Part shown: piece by piece, positions 57,101-64,000 of the stretch | Layout: each line of letters starts with the position of its first letter | Numbering within the stretch: the first letter of the stretch is position 1 | Assembly (NCBI GenBank): GCA_951406725.2 | Contig: OX597815.1 | Coordinates: 140,616,001-140,680,000 of the forward strand | DNA from: Octopus vulgaris | Taxonomy: Eukaryota | Direction: 5' to 3' | DNA: 64,000 bases | The notes under the pieces: generated by a model | The model's input: the letters and a program-made list of their open reading frames with translations, nothing else | Database searches by the model: none | What the model was told of the DNA's origin: nothing | Translations under genes and position numbers: made by a program

Positions 57101-57423
57101 ACTGGCCACGTGCCGGTGGCACCTAAAAAGCACCATCCGTTCGTGGCCGTTGCCAGCCTCGCTTGGCCCCGTGCCGGTGGCACGTAAAAAGCACCATCCG
57201 TCCGTGGCTGTTTGCTAGCTCCGTCTGGCACCTGTGCGGGTGGCACGTAAAAAGCACCCACTACACTCATGGAGTGGTTGGCGTTAGGAAGGGCATCCAG
57301 CCGTAGAAACACTGCCAGATCAGACTGGGCCTGATGCAGCCTTCTGGCTTCACAGACCCCAGTTGAACCGTCCAACCCATGCTAGCATGGAATGCGGACG
57401 CTAAATGATGATGATGATGATGA

Positions 57424-57428
<5 letters not shown>
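57101..57428 (+). mobile_element. RTE-type non-autonomous element/SINE with (GAT)n tail and three internal ~60-bp repeats
   Basis: GTGCCGGTGGCACGTAAAAAGCACC-like unit x3, GGCGTTAGGAAGGGCATCCAGCCGTA motif, ends GGACGCTAAATGATGATG. Confidence 0.7.
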
Positions 57429-57472
<44 letters not shown>

Positions 57473-57519
57473 TATATATATAGGATGAACTATGTATATA
57501 TATATATATATATATATAT

Positions 57520-57712
57520 AAACATAGATAATCCAAACATGAAAACACAAAGAGAAAACACAACGCGAGGACGTGGAACAAGTATAGTGTTATTGGACGC
57601 TCAGGAAAGGAAAGAAAGAAGGAGGATTTAACGTTTCGAGCGGAGCTCTTCGTCAGAAACATTAAAAAAGGAAAAGTCCAAGGAAGGGAAGATGGAGAAA
57701 GAAAATCGCCAA
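57520..57712 (-). mobile_element. Solo PLE pLTR with minimal hammerhead (57627-57660)
   Basis: ttt|ctgacga a|gagc tcc gctc|gaaacgtt|aaa; (TA)n on both sides. Confidence 0.7.
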
Positions 57713-58529
57713 CCTATATATATACACATACATACATGTATGTATTACTACCATGACAAATATGCCCTGCGTGATCAGTTATATACACGTGGTAGAACAA
57801 GTCCTTGCAAATACATAAATAAAAAGAGAAAGTATTCAATATATATTTATTATGATTAATGCATTCTTTACTTATACAAAGTAATGAATATACTCATTTC
57901 TAATATCGTTTGAAAACTAGAAAAAAAAACTTAATGGGGCGGTAGAAATACTGGGAAAATCTTCCTCAAAACACATTCTATATATTTCGAAATAAGACGG
58001 GTTGGATAATTCATGTTAGGATATATTACAGTTAAAAAGGCTGAGTGATCACGAGTAGAATGACCTTCATCATAGATACGATGGTTGAGACCTAATTTAA
58101 AGCTAACCAATGATAGTAGCTATATAGTTAGATAGACAAAATATACAAAATATACTTATGTATTTCCAAGTCTATTAGATGTTATTATGTTCCTCTATTC
58201 AATGCTAGAAGAGATACAGGGATAATATTTTCATTTTAACTGTTATAATGTAAACATCTTGAAGGGAAATATTAAAAATAATCGATATAGAAAATAAACA
58301 TTGCAATTCTGGATTAATTGCGACATTAGTTACGTGGTTCCAACCAACCAACCAACCAACCAACCAACCAACCAACCAACCAACCAACCAACCAGCCAAC
58401 CACTGAAGTATCTCTGGATATCTGACGTTGAGAAGAGACTATAATTCAGTGCGCAATAAATATCTCTAATAAGTTTGTATAACATTGACATTCGTGTTGA
58501 TGTCTATATCAATTTCCGTCTGAACAAAG

Positions 58530-58530
<1 letters not shown>

Positions 58531-58628
<98 letters not shown>

Positions 58629-58670
58629 CACACACACGCACACACGCACACACACAGACACATACACATA
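58531..58670. repeat. (CA)n microsatellite
   Basis: Seen directly. Confidence 0.95.
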
Positions 58671-59976
58671 CGTACCCAAATATGTACACAGATATACGTG
58701 ATTGCGTAGCCACACATCTATACACATAGGTGCTTATATGTAAAGATGTCAGTACATATTACTGACCTGATAATTTGTGGTGATGTAAATGTAGTAAACC
58801 CGTATGCCAAATGGCTAAACCTTCAGGGTCGATGCTACTGTAGTTTGTAGCCCCAGGAAGACATCTCCTCCAGCTAGCTATTGATATAGTATCTGTGCCC
58901 TATAAGTATTTTCAAAGGGAAGTCAGCTTTCACATCTCCAGCCTGACGCGATACACACGGACCCGAGTTTCTGGGTACACGCTGATGACAGATATATACA
59001 TAGAAACTCAGGACCGCGTGTATCACATTAGTTTAATTTCGATTCGATAATAAACCAGGCTTATTTAAAGGGTCTGATGTATAACAGACTTATTCATTGG
59101 TTTGAATACTTCGTTATCAATCTATATACTACATATATATGAGGTTTATATATATTTGGGGTTCTACTAATTGGATATCACTTGCAGCAGTGGTGAAATA
59201 TTATAATTTTAAATACATTCATAGAATGACTTGTAGAAATATTCAAATATATCAGTAGCCATTCACGTGTTGCTGACGTAGTGGAAATGGAAAATAACAA
59301 AAATAGCGGTAAAATGGCAGAAGAAACTGCTCATGTTCACAATTACTGTCTAAGTAATCCAACGGAAGCGTATCAAGTGGTCATGCACACTCATGGAACT
59401 TCCGCAAAGGAATAGAAAGAGCTGACAGCATATTCTGCTACACCTGACAAGTTAGAAACCCTGGTAATTCTCGATATTTTTTAAACGTTTGGATTTGAAC
59501 AATTTTTTCTTGGCGTCACTGGTGATGTGTCATGTAAACATTATTAAATCTGGAAGGCAAAGAAATACAAGCAATGGAATTAAAAAATGAAAGAAAAAAC
59601 TCTTTGTTGATGGAACGTTAAGATTTATAGCATTATCCATAAGTGTTTTTAGATTCTTTATATTTTCTTCATTATTATTTTTTAACATATAATAAAGTAC
59701 TTTTTTTGAAAATGTGTTTTGTTACATTCAAATTTGATTTTTAAAATGTAACAAAATCAAACATAAGTATTTATATTTGGCATCGAATTCATATGTTCTC
59801 CAAGTCTGCTGGGAGTTGGAATGTGGTGAGTAGACTGGAATCCTACTGTTTTTGAAACTATATATTAGTTGCACAAATTAGTTGTTGAAACATATTTAAT
59901 GTACATTATCTCCATTACATAAATTGATGCCATTTATTATTTAAGTCTGAATAATCTGTACCTCTCTTTCATTTTC

Positions 59977-60214
<238 letters not shown>

Positions 60215-60222
60215 ACTGCGTA

Positions 60223-61081
60223 TCTTTATTATTTTACTTGTTTCCGTCATTTGACTGTGACCATGCTGTAGCACCACCTTTAGTCGAACAAATCGACCCC
60301 AAGACTTATTCTTTGTAAGCCTAGTACTTATTCTATCAGTCGCTTTTGCCGAATCGCTAAGTTACGGGGATGAAAACACACCAGCATCGGTTGTCAAGCG
60401 ATGTTAGGGGGACAAACACAGACACACAAACATATATACACACACACACATCTATATATATATTAATAAAAGGAATTCCAACCTTGTCTGATTTTCGCGT
60501 TTTATTTAAAATCTTATAATGATATAAGATAATATAATATGATAAAATAAAATAATAGAATGTTAAATGTTCATTCTGATTGAACTAGTACTTTCATGCA
60601 TTAAATTCTGCAATCTGCAGGTTTTTGACAATTTTTTGACAGTCAAAAATTGTGAAGCATGCCTGTCACCACTACTACATGAACCTGAAGATTGCAGAAT
60701 TTAATGCATGAAAGTACTAGTTCAATCAGAATGAACATTTAACATTCTACTATTTCATTTTATTTTATTCAATTATAATATATTATCTTATAATATATCA
60801 TTATAAGATTGTAAATAAAACGTGAAAATCAGACAAGGTTGGAATTCCTTTTATTAATATATTCTTCTATACACAATCACACACCCCCGTATATATATAT
60901 ATATATATACATATATACGACGGAATTCTTTCAGCTTCCGTCTACCAAATCAACTCACAAGGGTTTCGGCAGCTCGAGGCTATAGCAGAAGACACTTTCC
61001 CAAGGTGTCACGCAGTGGGGCTGAACCCGGAACTATGTGGTTCGTAAGCAAGCTACTTATCACACAGCCACTCCTACGCCT
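60223..61081 (-). mobile_element. SINE family B, full length, split by an insertion at its internal TA tract
   Basis: Head 61081-60915 (GTGGCTGTGTGA, GGTTCAGCCCC); tail half 60450-60223. Confidence 0.85.
60459..60888 (+). mobile_element. Fold-back pLTR cassette with two back-to-back hammerheads
   Basis: 60459-60624 is inverted relative to 60682-60861. Plus-strand motif tgaac|ctgaaga|ttgca gaatttaa tgcat|gaaag ta cta|gttca at 60680-60724; the mirror copy has ctgcaga. Confidence 0.8.
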
Positions 61082-61097
61082 GCGTATGTATGTATGC

Positions 61098-61177
<80 letters not shown>

Positions 61178-61813
61178 GTCTGTACATTCAAGCATACATA
61201 CACCCATTCACTGATTCATTCTTATATACAAATACTCATAACACTAAAATGACTTTGTCAGTCAGATTTCAGTTAGATGATAATTGTCAACTAGAGATTC
61301 TGATACAAAAGTGCCCCAATGTAGTATCGAACCCATTGTCATTGTATATTGATCGGATTTGCGATTGTGTTAAACCGTTGAATTCGTTATACATAAAAAA
61401 TATCAACATTCTTCATGAGATAATATCTATACAGGCGGTAAAATGGTCGTATTATTATGCTGTAAGACTGATTGCTTAGCGGTAGTTATTTCTGCCAGAA
61501 TCAATTTACCCCTCACCCTTTTGTATTCAATATGTAAAGTACACTTTTAACTCAATGACAATATAAGATCACATTATAACTGTTTCTTTCTTATCTTTCT
61601 GTCCTTTCCATGGCCTGTGTTGAACTGAGCGTCTTAATCCGGTGCTCAGTTTAACGCCATTACCTTGCAATTACCTTCAACGGCTTTTATCTCTTGCATA
61701 CATTTGAGCCAGCCCTTAGATTTGAGGATAACTTCATTCCTACTCCTTGTCTTAAAGGACATGGAAAGCGTCAGTTCCGCTACTGCTCAGCTAAGAGAAA
61801 AATATTAGATAAA

Positions 61814-62154
61814 TCTCTATACATATAAACGGCAAAATGTCTGTCTGTGTGTGTGTGTATCCTTTATACAAATCCACAATTTTTCAGGTAGAGGGCTCGC
61901 ACATTCTATGGTCATTCAGAACCGTCCAAGAGTGGTCGTGCACATCTTTACATTTCCCCAGTCACCCCGCAAAGCCACTAAAAATCAATAGAAATGACTT
62001 TTTTGTGAATTTTCTATCCAAAACCCAATCAAAATTCCCGAAACTTGATACGCCAATTGAATGCCAGCTAGCTGTATGTCGGAGATTTGGACAGTACTTG
62101 CGTGTATGCGCGCACGCACGCAGCTCTATATGCGTTGCCGGGTCATAGTGCTAG
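61814..62154 (+). mobile_element. Non-autonomous Helitron-like element
   Basis: A|TCTCTATACATATAAA start, (GTCT)/(GT) tract, ends GCCGGG..GCTAG|T; AT target with no TSD. The subterminal hairpin is poorly preserved. Confidence 0.65.
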
Positions 62155-63677
62155 TATTAGATAAAAGTGATGTATATAAAAAACCAAAAATATGAGCTAT
62201 TATTTTGTCTGAATATATATCTGTGAAGTGGACAACACAGTTGGTAATACCGTATACATTTTTAGTATAGCATTCATAAGGTTTTACTCTCCGAGGTTTT
62301 AGTATTATATGTGCCTTCCTACATATGTATTTGAGTATCGTTGATCTTGGTGCTGTTGCTGTTTCATTGTTGTTATAACAGTTTGTTATGTGGTTCTTGT
62401 TGCTGCAGTTGCTGTTTCCGCCATTGTTGTTTTTAATGCTTTCCTTTCTGCTGCTGTCGTAGTTGCTGTTTTACTGCTGTTATAGCCATTACTTTTGTAG
62501 TTGTTGTTTATATTTTCGTTCTCTTGTTTTTGATTCTTGCTATCATTGTTGTTGTAATTTTCATCGTTCTTTTAGAAACTGATGTTGCTGTTATGTTTGT
62601 TCTTGTTGCTTATGTCGAAAAAGCGCAGAATCTGCAGAAGTATTATCGAAGTTGATCCAAGCACGATCATTTCAATTTTTTTTCTCGATTATATTATCCC
62701 ACGAATATTGTGGTTTCTTTTAAAAGGCGAAACACTTGGATTTGAGGAAGATATGGCTACTATTTCTAGCAGACAGATGCACCCAACTATTGCAGACGGT
62801 GAAGCAGTAAGAAAGCGGAACGAAGGAAACAAAAGAGTCGGATTCTGTGTAAATAGATTCCAAAAGATTGTAATTGCTCCAGCTGGGTGGTATATGTAAT
62901 TGACTAGTAGACTGCCTTTCATGTCTTTACGTGACAAGAAAATTAATGTTGGCAATGGAATCAAAGCTTTCTACACTGATAGACTCAATGGGACACCGTT
63001 TATATTTGGCAAGGACGTCTGGATAATGTTATTATGCCTAATGGCAGTAGCAAAAGACATTGTAAGATTAATGGCTGCAGAAAACACTGAAGATAAAATC
63101 TCACTCCTACAATGGAAACGTAATTAAATTTCTCAAATTTCATTTAAAGAGAAAAATGGTGGGTAATAGGGTGGAAATAAAATGGAAGTAGTATGGGGAT
63201 AGGGTTTAAAAGGCGGATTTTACATTAAGAGGAATTTACAAACAGCAGAGAAAATGGAGAGCTTTCATTGTTTAATACACCATCAGCCCTTATTGGACAG
63301 GCATCCGACCAGAGACGTTCCAACCATGGCACTTCCATCATTCTCTGCATGCCGAACTAGACTGGTGAGAATTTGGTCGTCTTTCTCCTTTAAATGACAT
63401 TGAAATACAGCAACGAAATATTAAATCTATATTTGTCTTTGTTTAAACATTTAATTCGAAATATTTCTTCATTCGTTCATTATTAAACTGGTCTTTTTAT
63501 CTTTGGACTGCAGCCGTGCGTGGGCACCACCTTTACAGATTTCGTATAATGCGTATTTTATTGCGCTTTAATAATCAAATACCTAAGTTCTGAGGGTAAA
63601 GATCGATAACTGAATACCTAACTAAATGGTATATTTGAGTAGACCCAAGGTGGTCAGTGTTTACATTCATCTGCACA

Positions 63678-64000
63678 TACGAAGGGCGTTCAATAAGTAA
63701 TGCCCCTGACCCACTTTCCATTGCAGTAGAGCAACGACACTTGGCACAGTTATTAGTCTTTTCCTACATAGGAACCACCCAGAGTTATGCATTTCTCCCA
63801 TCGTTTGATACAGCTCTGGGGACCGTTTTTGTAGAAGATCCCAGCTTGGTACTCGAACCACGACGTGACTTCAGAAATCAAGGCTGCATCATCTGGGAAA
63901 CGCTTTCCTTTCAAAATCCACTTCATGGCTGGGAAGAGGTGAAAATCAGAGGGTGCAAGGGGAGGAGTTCATAGCTGCACGCCTGTGCTTCTGATCTGGC
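63678..64000 (-). mobile_element. Mariner (DD34D) right end and transposase C-terminus; runs off window
   Basis: TACGAAGGGCGTTCAATAAGTAATGC TIR-like end; LAPSDFHLFPAMK..LKGKRF..CIKRWEKCITLGGSYV. Confidence 0.85.

Noticed and set aside
57101-57270. CRISPR-like repeat-spacer pattern
   Set aside because: The spacers are related to each other, there are only three units, they lie inside a retroposon, and there are no cas genes.

Overview
AT-rich eukaryotic non-genic DNA, almost entirely microsatellites and decayed transposable elements. The repeat families suggest an octopus/cephalopod genome (inference from recall, not a search). No host gene can be supported. Contents: five Penelope-like element (PLE) bodies with RT and/or GIY-YIG remnants, plus many solo or fold-back pseudo-LTR fragments; four R4/Dong-like RLE-LINE remnants; a CR1/L2-type LINE 3' end; several Tc1/mariner relics; a small Helitron; three tRNA-like SINE families; an RTE-type non-autonomous element; and an unclassified ~555-bp element that sits in (TAA)n. 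The main signal is about 17 type-I hammerhead ribozyme motifs, intact or decayed. They carry core variants (U3-A8, C4) and long stem II insertions, and several lie in fold-back inverted-repeat cassettes. Coordinates were read by eye and may be off by a few bases.
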